Assembly (NCBI GenBank): GCA_937901125.1 | Contig: CALCGT010000059.1 | Span: 1,154-65,153 of the forward strand | Direction: 5' to 3' | Length of the DNA: 64,000 nt | Source of the DNA: an uncultured Clostridia bacterium | Lineage (GTDB): Bacteria > Bacillota > Clostridia > Lachnospirales > Anaerotignaceae | Shown: one piece after another, positions 26,647 through 39,359 of the stretch | Layout of the letters: each line of letters opens with the position of its first letter | Numbering within the stretch: the first letter of the stretch is position 1 | The notes under the pieces: model-generated | What the model saw: only the letters and a program-made list of their open reading frames with translations | What the model was told of the DNA's origin: nothing | Database searches by the model: none | Program-made: the position numbers and the translations under genes

Positions 26647-27627
26647 ATGAAAAAGTATTTAGCAGCATTTATGGCACTGGCTATGGCAGCAACTGCACTG
26701 ACAGGTTGTGGCGGTGGTGAAACAGCAACTGAAGAAACATCCGGTGATGTTTACAAAGTGGCTTATATCGCAAGAGCACAGTCCGACTCTTTCGCAGCAT
26801 GGCTGGCAAACGAAATGGTAGCAGCAGCAGAACAGTATCCTGATATTGAACTGACTGTATTCGATGGCCAGGCTGACGATGCCAAGGAAAACGCAGCAAT
26901 CGAAAATGCAATCGCTAACGGCTTCGATGCAGTTATCGTACAGCCCAACAACGGCGAAGCACAGAGACCTTATGTAGAACAGGTTGTAGCAGCTGGTCTG
27001 ATTGCAATCACAACAAACTCCAGAATCGCTGATATCGAAGGCGCATCCTCTGTTGATGCTGACCCTTACAAACAGGCTCAGGTAAACGCTGAACTGGCTC
27101 TGGAACAGGTTCCTGAAAATGCTAAAGTAGTTGTACTGAATGGTCCTTCTGGCAACTTCCACGCTGACGAAAGACGTGTTGCATGGCAGAAAGTATTCTT
27201 CGATGCAAGACCTGACGTAACAATCGTAGGCGAAGATTTTGCTAACTGGAACAAAGATGAAGCTATGGCTCTGATGGAAGACTGGACAATCGCTCACGGC
27301 GACATCGATGCAGTTATCTCCATGAACGACAACATGGCTGCTGGTGCTCTGGAAGTAGTAAAAGACAACGACATGTACGACGATATGCTGGTATACGGCG
27401 TTGACGGTACAGCAGAAGCTTGTCTGCTGATCGAAGAAGGCAGAATGACATCCACATGTCTGCAGTCCGCTATCGACCTGGCAGCTCTGAACCTGGAAAC
27501 AGTACACAAACTGCTGACAGGCGAAGAAACACAGATCGACACAGATATCGCAGAAGTTCTGATCACAAAAGACAATGCAACAGAATATGTTGAAATGTAC
27601 AGAGAAAGAGGCCAGATCACAGACTAA
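26647..27627 (+). CDS. sugar ABC transporter substrate-binding lipoprotein
   Basis: ATG 26647 follows AAGGGAGAGAG. The signal peptide has the lipobox LTGCGG. The rest is a periplasmic-binding-protein type I fold pattern. Confidence 0.85.
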   Translation: MKKYLAAFMALAMAATALTGCGGGETATEETSGDVYKVAYIARAQSDSFAAWLANEMVAAAEQYPDIELTVFDGQADDAKENAAIENAIANGFDAVIVQPNNGEAQRPYVEQVVAAGLIAITTNSRIADIEGASSVDADPYKQAQVNAELALEQVPENAKVVVLNGPSGNFHADERRVAWQKVFFDARPDVTIVGEDFANWNKDEAMALMEDWTIAHGDIDAVISMNDNMAAGALEVVKDNDMYDDMLVYGVDGTAEACLLIEEGRMTSTCLQSAIDLAALNLETVHKLLTGEETQIDTDIAEVLITKDNATEYVEMYRERGQITD

Positions 27628-27877
27628 TTGCAGGTAATTACATAGTAATGTATACTGTGATTTTTGATTGATGTAATCTCGGATTTTTAGAGGTACCATT
27701 TTCGGTTCGGCCGGAGGTGGTACCTCCTTTTTTGGAATTCTTCCTGTTTGAAAGGCAGAAATATTGCATAATTTCTCTGATACTGGTATTATAAAAAGTA
27801 CAGATTTGTATGAAAACAAATCCAATAGAAGGTATTTTCAAAAGATAATAGAATCAAGTGAAAGAGAGGAGATAAAA

Positions 27878-28912
27878 ATGAAAAATAGACAGGCATATAT
27901 GGTAGGTCTGAACAAAATGGAAATTCGTGAAACAGCAGTGCCCGAACCTAAGGAAGGCGAAGTTCTGGTAAAAGTGGAATATGTTGGTATCTGCGGTTCC
28001 GATGTTCATTATTTTAAAGACGGCAGATGCGGTGACTTCGTGGTTGACGGCGAACTGATGCTGGGTCATGAAGCTGGCGGTGTTGTTGTAAAAGTTGGTG
28101 AAGGCGTAACAAATCTGTTGGAAGGCGATAAAGTTGCACTGGAACCCGGTATCACCTGCGGTCAGTGTGAATTCTGTAAATCCGGCAGATACAATCTGTG
28201 CCCCGATGTTGTATTCCTGGCTACACCTCCTGTACAGGGCTGTAACGAAGATTATATTACATTCCCTGCAAATATGTGCTTCAAACTGCCTGAAGGCATG
28301 ACAACAAAAGAAGGTGCTCTGATTGAACCCTTTGCAGTTGGCCTGCACGCGGCAATGCAGGGCAAGGTTGGTATGGGTGACCAGTGCATCATTCTGGGCT
28401 CCGGCTGTATCGGTCTGATGACACTGCTGGCTTGTAAGGCTTGCGGCGCTACAGACATCACAGTAGTAGATATGGCACAGAAACGTCTGGACTTTGCAAT
28501 GGAACTGGGCGCAACTCGTGTCATCAATGCAAAGGAACAGGATGTTCTGAAAGTAGTAGAAGAACTGACAAACGGCGCCGGTATTGAAAAAGTATTTGAA
28601 ACAGCCGGTTCTCCTGTAACCATTGCGCAGACGCCTTACCTGGTAAAAAATGGCGGTACCATCACTTTGGTTGGTCTGTCTGCAAACCCTGAAATTACAT
28701 TCAACTTTGGTCAGATCATGGCAAAAGAAGCAAGAATCGAATCTGTATTCCGTTACAGAAATCTGTATAAGAAAGCAATTGCAGCAGCGGCAAACGGTCT
28801 GGATATTGGCAGAATCGCAACACACGAATTTCCATTCGAAAACATTCAGGAAGCTTATGAAGCTGCAATCAGAGATAAAGAAAATATCGTAAAAGCAGTC
28901 ATCAAGCTGTAA
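27878..28912 (+). CDS. zinc-dependent polyol dehydrogenase (sorbitol/xylitol dehydrogenase-like MDR)
   Basis: ATG 27878 follows AGAGAGGAG. Zinc-binding motifs are GICGSDVHY, GHEAGG and CGQCEFCKSGRYNLC. Confidence 0.85.
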   Translation: MKNRQAYMVGLNKMEIRETAVPEPKEGEVLVKVEYVGICGSDVHYFKDGRCGDFVVDGELMLGHEAGGVVVKVGEGVTNLLEGDKVALEPGITCGQCEFCKSGRYNLCPDVVFLATPPVQGCNEDYITFPANMCFKLPEGMTTKEGALIEPFAVGLHAAMQGKVGMGDQCIILGSGCIGLMTLLACKACGATDITVVDMAQKRLDFAMELGATRVINAKEQDVLKVVEELTNGAGIEKVFETAGSPVTIAQTPYLVKNGGTITLVGLSANPEITFNFGQIMAKEARIESVFRYRNLYKKAIAAAANGLDIGRIATHEFPFENIQEAYEAAIRDKENIVKAVIKL

Positions 28913-28936
28913 TCTCCACAGAATGGCGGTGTAACT

Positions 28937-30460
28937 ATGGAATATTTACTGGGTATTGACATTGGCACTTCTGGCACAAAGACAGTCCTCTTTGATAGAG
29001 ATGCCAATCCTATCACAGCAAAAACCTTTGAATACCCTCTTTATCAGGAGCAGAACGGCTGGGCAGAGCAGGAGCCCAACGATTGGTGGGACGCTGTTGT
29101 GAAAGGCGTGCAGTGCGTGCTGCAGGATTCCGGTGTGGCTTCCTCGGATATCAAAGGCATTGGCCTTTCCGGTCAGATGCATGGTCTGGTCATGCTGAAT
29201 GAAAATGGTGAAGTGCTGAGACGCTCTATCATCTGGTGCGACCAGAGAACAGGTGAAGAAGTAGAAGATATGAACCGTATGATCGGTGCGGAAAAGATTA
29301 TTCAGATTACAGCAAACCCTGCGGTAACAGGCTTCACAGCAGCGAAGATCCTGTGGGTGAAAAAGCACGAACCTGAACTCTATGCAAAATGTGCCCATAT
29401 CCTGCTGCCGAAAGACTATATCCGTTATAAACTGACTGGCGAATATGCCACAGAAGTATCCGATGCTTCCGGTATGCAGTTGATGGATGTTGCAAAGCGT
29501 ACATGGTCGGATGAGATTTTGGAAGGTCTGGGGATCGAGAAAAAGCTATTGGGGAAAATGTATGAATCCCAAGAAGTGACAGGCACGGTACACAAAGAAG
29601 CAGCGGCTTTGACAGGCTTGGCGGAAGGTACCATCGTTGTGGGCGGTGCTGGGGATAACCCTGCGGCAGCCATCGGTACCGGTATCGTTTCTCAGGGCAA
29701 AGCCTTTACTACCATTGGTACCTCTGCGGTGGTTTATGCTGTATCCGACCAGATGGCACTGGACCCCAAGGGCAGAGTGCACACCCTTTGCGCTTCTGTT
29801 CCTGGCAAATGGACAGTAATGAGCTGCACACAGGCGGCGGGTCTGTCCTTCCAGTGGCTGAGAAATAATGTCTGCACGCCTGAAATGGCAGAAGCGGCGG
29901 AAAAAGGCGTTGACCCTTATGAGATCATGACAGCGGAAGCGGCACAGGTGCCGATCGGCTCTGAAAAACTGCTGTATTTGCCTTATCTGATGGGGGAACG
30001 TTCTCCTCATCCTGACCCTGATTGCCGTGGTGTATTTTTCGGCTTGTCCGCAATGCACCAGAGACCTCATCTGATCCGTTCTGTTCTGGAGGGCATCTCT
30101 TTCTCCCAGTGGGAATGTGTAGAGGTATTCCGTGAAATGGGCGTGCCCATCGAAGACATGATGATCTGCGGCGGCGGCGGGAGAAGCCCCTTCTGGAGAC
30201 AGATGCTGGCAGATATGTATGGCTGTCCCGTCAGCACAGTGCAGTCCGACCAAGGCGGTGCATTAGGTGCGGCCATTTTGGCTGGTGTAGGTGCAGGTAT
30301 TTATCCTGACTTGGAAACTGCATGTAATGAACTGGTGCGAAAAAAAGACGTTTCCCAGCCGGATATGGCGGCAAACGGCGAATATGCGAAGTTCTTCACA
30401 TTGTATAAAGACGTGTACAAAACACTGTTCAGCAACTTCAAAGAACTGAAAAATATCTAA
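28937..30460 (+). CDS. xylB: xylulokinase (FGGY family)
   Basis: N-terminus YLLGIDIGTSGTKTV and the GLSGQMHG motif. 507 aa. Confidence 0.8.
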   Translation: MEYLLGIDIGTSGTKTVLFDRDANPITAKTFEYPLYQEQNGWAEQEPNDWWDAVVKGVQCVLQDSGVASSDIKGIGLSGQMHGLVMLNENGEVLRRSIIWCDQRTGEEVEDMNRMIGAEKIIQITANPAVTGFTAAKILWVKKHEPELYAKCAHILLPKDYIRYKLTGEYATEVSDASGMQLMDVAKRTWSDEILEGLGIEKKLLGKMYESQEVTGTVHKEAAALTGLAEGTIVVGGAGDNPAAAIGTGIVSQGKAFTTIGTSAVVYAVSDQMALDPKGRVHTLCASVPGKWTVMSCTQAAGLSFQWLRNNVCTPEMAEAAEKGVDPYEIMTAEAAQVPIGSEKLLYLPYLMGERSPHPDPDCRGVFFGLSAMHQRPHLIRSVLEGISFSQWECVEVFREMGVPIEDMMICGGGGRSPFWRQMLADMYGCPVSTVQSDQGGALGAAILAGVGAGIYPDLETACNELVRKKDVSQPDMAANGEYAKFFTLYKDVYKTLFSNFKELKNI

Positions 30461-30469
30461 GAGTTCAAT

Positions 30470-30503
30470 GGGCTCCGATCCGTAAGGATCGGGGCTTTTT
30501 TCT
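30470..30503 (+). terminator. terminator after xylB
   Basis: GGCTCCGATCC pairs with GGATCGGGGCT, then TTTTTTC. Confidence 0.7.
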
Positions 30504-30628
30504 TTTCAAAAAATTCAGGACTTTTTAAGAAACTGTTTCTTGATTCTTACGTTCTCCTTCCTTATAATACATAATGAGAAGAAATAGAAAGTTCTGACAA
30601 ATACTTTTTGAATAAAAGGAGAATGGAA

Positions 30629-31621
30629 ATGAAAAAACAGATCTTTGGGGCTTTGCTTTTTTGCCTGATGCTGTTTTGCTTTGCGGGGACAGCAATGGCG
30701 GCGGAAAAGGACGAGCATCCTTATTACATAACGGTAAACCTGACAGACAACATCGTGACGGTTTATGAAAAGGATGCAGCGGGGGAATACACGGTTCCCA
30801 TCAAGGCATTTTATTGCAGCGGCGGGGAATCTACGCCGGAGGGCACCTTCCAGACCATTGAAAAATATGAATGGAGAGCGTTGTTTGGGGATGTATGGGG
30901 GCAGTATGCCACACGTATCACCGGGCATTATCTGTTCCATTCTGTGCCTTATCTGGAAAAGGACAAGACTACATTGGAATATGATGAATACAACAAGCTG
31001 GGGTCTACAGCTTCCGCAGGCTGTATTCGCCTGTGTGTGAAGGATGTAAAATGGATCTATGATAATTGTCCTATTGGCACCGCTGTGAAAATGTACCGTG
31101 GGAATGTGGAAGAACCTTTGCAGCCCACGCCTGCGAAGAAGATCAATACCGCAGACCTGAAACGCCGTGGCTGGGACCCTACAGACCCTGATCCTGCCAA
31201 CCCCTGGAGAAAGGGAGAACTGCGGGAAATGACAGTGCAGCCTTCTTTGCTGGGCAGCATTGTGAAGGCGTACCATGAAAACAATACCTATTACCTGACG
31301 GCGGAGGATGGAAAGAAACTATTCTCCCATCTGGGTATGGCATTGAGTCTGCCGGAAGCTGCAGGACAAGTTGTTGATGATGAAATAAAAGTTTTTTATA
31401 AAGGAACAGAACACCAGCTTTCCTGCCGTGTGAAAGAGGGTACCGTATATTATAAAATGAGGGATCTGGCGACAATGGTCTGTGCGGAGATGACCTGGAA
31501 CAATGACACCCAGGAAATCGGGATTTTCTATGGTGGGAATACGATCACTGTCAGCCCTGCGCCCTTGGTCCGTGATGGGGTATCTTTCCCTGCGCAGATT
31601 GCGTCCTTCTTTGGGGCATAA
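30629..31621 (+). CDS. secreted L,D-transpeptidase (YkuD) with C-terminal copper-amine-oxidase-N-like stalk domain
   Basis: ATG 30629 lies 7 nt after AAAGGAG. It has a signal peptide. The catalytic motif is HSVP...GSTASAGCIRL. Confidence 0.8.
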   Translation: MKKQIFGALLFCLMLFCFAGTAMAAEKDEHPYYITVNLTDNIVTVYEKDAAGEYTVPIKAFYCSGGESTPEGTFQTIEKYEWRALFGDVWGQYATRITGHYLFHSVPYLEKDKTTLEYDEYNKLGSTASAGCIRLCVKDVKWIYDNCPIGTAVKMYRGNVEEPLQPTPAKKINTADLKRRGWDPTDPDPANPWRKGELREMTVQPSLLGSIVKAYHENNTYYLTAEDGKKLFSHLGMALSLPEAAGQVVDDEIKVFYKGTEHQLSCRVKEGTVYYKMRDLATMVCAEMTWNNDTQEIGIFYGGNTITVSPAPLVRDGVSFPAQIASFFGA

Positions 31622-31702
31622 AAGTTGATTTTTCATGGAAAGATTGCAATTTGTCCTGTAGTATGGTATGCTTTCTGAGTTAAGACAGAAAGAGGGAAAA
31701 AC

Positions 31703-32722
31703 ATGACATTTAAAAAAGTTTCGGTTATAACGATTGCGGGGGCTGCCCTGCTGGCGGGTGCCATTGGTATCGCCATCAGCCTGACAAGCCCCAACGAAAT
31801 AGAAATAGAAGTCCCTGAGACGCCTGTGGAGCAGGAGATGGAACTTTCGGAAGACGGCATCAAGACTCTGGAAAATATGGAAAATATGCCCATTTATTTT
31901 GATGATTCCGAGGTACTGCTGTTGCCCTTGCGAAACGTAATGGAAGGGCTGGGCGGTTCTGTAAAATGGGATGCGGAGACTAGAGCTGTAGAGGTTTCCT
32001 ACCGTGGCAGAACCCTGGCGATGCAGCCCGGTGAAAAAGACGCAATGCTGAATGGCTTTGAAGTGACACTGCCCCAGGGGGTAGAAATGATTAATGGCTG
32101 CCTGTATGCCGATGAAAAGCTGATCTCTGCGTATTACACAGGGGAAGTGGCATTCAACCGAGAGACTAGACAGGTGACTCTGCAGACGAAGGACAGCACG
32201 GTGCCTTTGCTGGCGGTGAAGGAATTTTTCGGTGAAAAGGATGGCAGAAGCTATCAGGTGGAGGTGCCTGTTATCGTTGGTCTGAATGACAGCAATTTCG
32301 AAAAGAATCTGAATAAAAGCATGATGGAAAAAATGCAGGCGTATGTAGAAACATACCTGGCGGCAGAAGAACAAAGCGGGAAGCTGCAGCTGACTATGCA
32401 GACGGGTATGTGTACGAAGGATTTCCTGTCCTTCTGGTGGGAAGGCACGGAAGATGGCGTTTCTGTAAAGATGGCGGAAAATATCGATCTGCTGGGGCAG
32501 AAAACCGTGTCACTGGCAGATCTGCTGGAGGAAGTATCTCTGAAAGAAGTGAAAACATTTGCAGGAGAAGGCTGGATGGCAGAGCATTTCTTCCTGACTT
32601 CCGAAGGCGGGCTGGTTCTGCTGAAGGGCAGCAAGGAAGGCGGCTTGGAATTGCATTATTGGACAACAGAAGGCAAACAGCTTGTCTGGAAGGATGCCTA
32701 TAAGGAATTGTTCCAGAAATAA
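31703..32722 (+). CDS. membrane-anchored protein with copper-amine-oxidase-N-like domain and C-terminal DUF3298/RsiV-like region
   Basis: N-terminal anchor is VITIAGAALLAGAIGIAISL. The stalk-like segment is LLPLRNVMEGLGGSVKWDAETRAVEVSY. The C-terminal family assignment is tentative. Confidence 0.55.
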   Translation: MTFKKVSVITIAGAALLAGAIGIAISLTSPNEIEIEVPETPVEQEMELSEDGIKTLENMENMPIYFDDSEVLLLPLRNVMEGLGGSVKWDAETRAVEVSYRGRTLAMQPGEKDAMLNGFEVTLPQGVEMINGCLYADEKLISAYYTGEVAFNRETRQVTLQTKDSTVPLLAVKEFFGEKDGRSYQVEVPVIVGLNDSNFEKNLNKSMMEKMQAYVETYLAAEEQSGKLQLTMQTGMCTKDFLSFWWEGTEDGVSVKMAENIDLLGQKTVSLADLLEEVSLKEVKTFAGEGWMAEHFFLTSEGGLVLLKGSKEGGLELHYWTTEGKQLVWKDAYKELFQK

Positions 32723-32738
32723 AACAGAAAAAGACTGG

Positions 32739-32773
32739 AAAGAGAGCGAGAATGGATCTTCGCTCTCTTTTTT
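32739..32773 (+). terminator. rho-independent terminator
   Basis: AGAGAGCG (32741-32748) pairs with CGCTCTCT (32761-32768), then TTTTT. Confidence 0.7.
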
Positions 32774-33186
32774 GATGTAAGGAGAGCAGATGATGCACAA
32801 GGTGGAATCCACTTACAGATAGGGTTTATTTGGCAGGAAACAAAAAAGAGATGTCTGAATTTTGGAAATCAGACATCTCTTCTTGTTGCATTGCAACTTT
32901 TTTTGTATGATTTTTGCAGAAAAAAGATGGATTTTCGCAGATATGTTCATGTATAAATACACTGTATACACCCTGTTCGTTTTTTTCTTAACGAACTTTT
33001 TTGCGTGGGGGATTAAAAAGTATAAATTTTTGTACAAAATTCAATCTTGTCAGACAATAAAATGAAGGTAGAACAACAAAATAAAATAAAAATGCATAAA
33101 AATATTTATAAAAACATAGATATAAACAGAAAATATAACAAAAGGTATCTTGTTAGAAACATAACGGGTGTTTTTTCATTTTGCTG

Positions 33187-33215
33187 TTGAAAAGAAAATG
33201 AATTGATTGTATAAT
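33187..33215 (+). promoter_or_regulatory. putative sigma-A promoter of nifJ
   Basis: TTGAAA (33187-33192), a 17-nt spacer, then TG-extended TATAAT (33210-33215). Confidence 0.5.
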
Positions 33216-33313
33216 AATCAAGTAAAAAATCCCGTTTCACGTTTCCAGGAGAATGGACTGATTGTCAGACAACCAGTTTGATAAACTTTCTTACATGACT
33301 TGAATCAGGGTGA

Positions 33314-36928
<3,615 letters not shown>

Positions 36929-36962
36929 TTTTGTATAAAGTATCCTTATCTGAATAAAGTAT

Positions 36963-37006
36963 AAAAAGACGGTAAGATTTTCGGGTCTTACCGTTTTTTG
37001 TATGCA
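36963..37006 (+). terminator. nifJ terminator; copy A of a roughly 45-bp direct repeat
   Basis: ACGGTAAGA pairs with TCTTACCGT, then TTTTTTG. It is nearly identical to 38221-38266. Confidence 0.8.
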
Positions 37007-37175
37007 GATAAGAAAAATATATTTAAATTTTTATAGTTTTTTGTCGTTTTTTATTTAAATAAAAGAATTTACACTTGTTTTGATTGACAAAATCAAAATG
37101 ATTAGATACGATGTATCACATAAAGTACAATTTGCTTTTGTGATAATGATGGATTATAAAAAGGAGGCGAACTTT

Positions 37176-37922
37176 ATGAAACGGTGTGCTAGATGATTTG
37201 TTGCATTGGGTTTATGTTTTTCTCTTGTTTTCAGTATACCAGTATTTGCATCAGATACGGTTACTGCCCAAAATCAAGAAATGGTTGCAGGTAAAGTTGA
37301 TGATTATGTATATGAAATGATTGAAGATTACGAAAGCGGAGTCTTTGTGGAACGAAATGATGTTGAAACGATAGAAATGTCGACATTATTCAATGAAGCA
37401 GCTACTTATTCAAGTGATGATATGAATGTTACTTATCTTTATGATAATAGAAAAATTGGATCAAACACTTATGCGGCAACCCAAATTGCTATTACGGAAG
37501 GTGAGGAAGATTCTATGACGGATATTCATTACGGAGTAAAAGCCGTATGTGTAATAGAATATAATTTGATGGACGTGGGTGATTGGTATGATTATATTAT
37601 GCTTGTCAATGTAAAGGGTGCTATTCTGTATGAAAATGATGATTATGATTGTACAAAATTGCAACTTAGGTATAAAGTACAGGGTGACGCATATGACAAA
37701 AATGGGAATAGATATGGGTGGAAAGGTAAAGAAACTTCCCTTGATAAGCGGACTATATACAATCCATTGGTAGGGTTTTACTATTTAGAGTCAGGACCTA
37801 AAGATTATTATTATTGCATGGGGACTGTTGGTTCGTTAGTAGCAGGATTTCTTTTAGCAGAAATTGAAAATTCTGCTGGGACTGTGAAATATTTGGACTG
37901 TAATCCCGGTTTCCAAGCATAA
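37176..37922 (+). pseudogene. AT-rich secreted protein of unknown function with in-frame TGA (37194-37196) inside its signal peptide
   Basis: AGGAGG (37162-37167) lies 8 nt before ATG 37176. Reading through gives MKRCAR*FVALGLCFSLVFSIPVFA/SDT, a complete signal peptide. The tracked ORF starts only at TTG 37206. Confidence 0.6.
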
Positions 37923-37937
37923 TAAGGGGGGGAGGTT

Positions 37938-38204
37938 ATGTTTCATTTAAAGAAAATATACTGCGGATTTGATGTAAATAAATTTTGCCAGATAAAGGAC
38001 TTTTTAGAAAAAGAAGGAATTGAAAAAAAGGTTAAAATTTCAAATCCGGTTCAAGAACGTTTGCATAAGAACATATTGTTGGGAGGAAATCCTTTAGTTT
38101 TGAATACATTAGGAGTAAATTCGGAACAAGCGGAATATACCATTTGGGTGGATAAGGCAAACGTTGAACGGGTAGAGGATTTTTTGAGAAATCTTTGTGA
38201 TTAA
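37938..38204 (+). CDS. small cytoplasmic protein of unknown function (88 aa), AT-rich
   Basis: GGGGGGAGG RBS before ATG 37938. It is co-transcribed with the upstream secreted protein. I do not recognise a family with confidence. Confidence 0.55.
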   Translation: MFHLKKIYCGFDVNKFCQIKDFLEKEGIEKKVKISNPVQERLHKNILLGGNPLVLNTLGVNSEQAEYTIWVDKANVERVEDFLRNLCD

Positions 38205-38220
38205 AGTTAAATTTTGATTC

Positions 38221-38266
38221 AAAAGGCGATAAGATTTTCGGATCTTACCGTCTTTTTTCTATGCAA
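38221..38266 (+). repeat. copy B of the nifJ-terminator direct repeat (also a terminator hairpin)
   Basis: AAAAGGCGATAAGATTTTCGGATCTTACCGTCTTTTTTCTATGCA compared with copy A AAAAAGACGGTAAGATTTTCGGGTCTTACCGTTTTTTGTATGCA. Confidence 0.8.
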
Positions 38267-38412
38267 ACGGAATGAAATATGACAAAAGCGGAAAAGTATG
38301 GTATGATATAAAATACATAAAGAAGGAATAAAGAAAAGATAAGGAATAGTTCGATTGGAAAAAGCCGGATTAGTTTGATATTTCTTCGGGGGCGGGAAGG
38401 AAGTAGAGGCTT

Positions 38413-38700
38413 ATGTTACGGAACTTATATTACTTATTGGAACTTGTCGCGGGATACGCAATCTTTGTATTCGACTTTATCGGTGTCATGATCTTGCTTT
38501 GGATCGGTACGGCAGGGGTCTATCATTTCCTGAAGAAAGACCCGCGGACGGGGCTGAGGCTGGCGCAGGGGATGGCGACATCCCTGCGGTTTAAGATCGG
38601 CAGCGAGATCCTCCGAACGGTGATTATCCGTGAGATCAGCGAAATTTTTCTGTTCGGTGGTATCATCGCTCTGCGTATCGCGCTGATAATCCTGATCTAG
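38413..38700 (+). CDS. small membrane protein (DUF1622-like)
   Basis: 95 aa with two or three TM helices. The LRFKIGSEILRTVI segment is typical of DUF1622. Confidence 0.6.
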   Translation: MLRNLYYLLELVAGYAIFVFDFIGVMILLWIGTAGVYHFLKKDPRTGLRLAQGMATSLRFKIGSEILRTVIIREISEIFLFGGIIALRIALIILI

Positions 38701-38909
38701 TGGGAGATCAAAAACGAAAAACGGGAAAATCCTATGGATGAAGAGGAAGTCGTTGTGAAAATGAAGAAACGCTCCTTTGTCGCTGTATGCAGGGCCATTT
38801 TCGGGAATGGTCGGCGTACCGAGGAAGAACCTGTTGCAGAACCGGAGGAAAAGGAAGAATGGACAAAGCCGAAAGTGGTGAAAAGAGAGGTTGGAGGGAG
38901 CGAATAAGG

Positions 38910-39347
38910 ATGAAAAAGAAACTGATGGCATATTTGATGCTTTTGCTGCTTTGCATGACGTTTGTCAGCGGCTGCGGCACTACGGTGCAGGGGACGGACG
39001 ATGCGGCGACCATTGCGGAAGACGGATGGTATTACAGCACAGAGGACGTTGCGCTGTATCTGAACACTTATGGAGAATTGCCGGATAATTTTATCACCAA
39101 AAAAGAAGCGCAGGCGATGGGCTGGGATAACAAGAAGGGCAATCTTTGGGAAGTGGCAGAAGGCAAGAGCATTGGCGGCGACAAATTCGGCAACTATGAA
39201 GGGATTTTGCCTGAAGAAGACACTTACCACGAATGTGATGTCAATTACGAAGGCGGCTATCGCGGCGGTGAACGGATTGTCTATTCTCAGGATGGCGATA
39301 TCTATTATACCGCCGACCATTACGAAAGCTTTGAACAGCTATATTGA
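38910..39347 (+). CDS. barnase-family extracellular ribonuclease, predicted lipoprotein
   Basis: ATG 38910 follows GGAGGGAG. The lipobox is FVSGC. The sequence aligns with barnase along its length (YLNTYGELPDNFITKKEAQAMGW...KSIGGDKFGNYEGILP...ECDVNY..GYRGGERIVYS...YYTADHYESF), with the Glu, Arg, Arg and His catalytic residues conserved. Confidence 0.9.
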   Translation: MKKKLMAYLMLLLLCMTFVSGCGTTVQGTDDAATIAEDGWYYSTEDVALYLNTYGELPDNFITKKEAQAMGWDNKKGNLWEVAEGKSIGGDKFGNYEGILPEEDTYHECDVNYEGGYRGGERIVYSQDGDIYYTADHYESFEQLY

Positions 39348-39359
39348 TGGGGGATTGGC

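Noticed and set aside
23499-30510. The polyol operon as a genomic island integrated at the ssrA 3-prime end.
   Set aside because: tmRNA genes are classic integration sites, but I found no integrase and no convincing repeat of the ssrA 3-prime end. The best candidate, AGTTCAATGGGCTCC near 30462, matches only about 10 of 15 nt.
32813-33065. ORFs 32813-33037(-) and 32862-33065(+) in the spacer upstream of nifJ.
   Set aside because: They are AT-rich low-complexity translations (Phe/Lys/Ile/Tyr runs) with no RBS, they overlap each other and they span terminator hairpins. The region is more likely non-coding.
38734-38907. A 57-aa ORF (MDEEEVVVKMKKRSFVAVCRAIFGNG...) between the DUF1622 gene and the barnase gene.
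   Set aside because: There is no Shine-Dalgarno sequence upstream and no recognisable motif. It cannot be supported from sequence alone.
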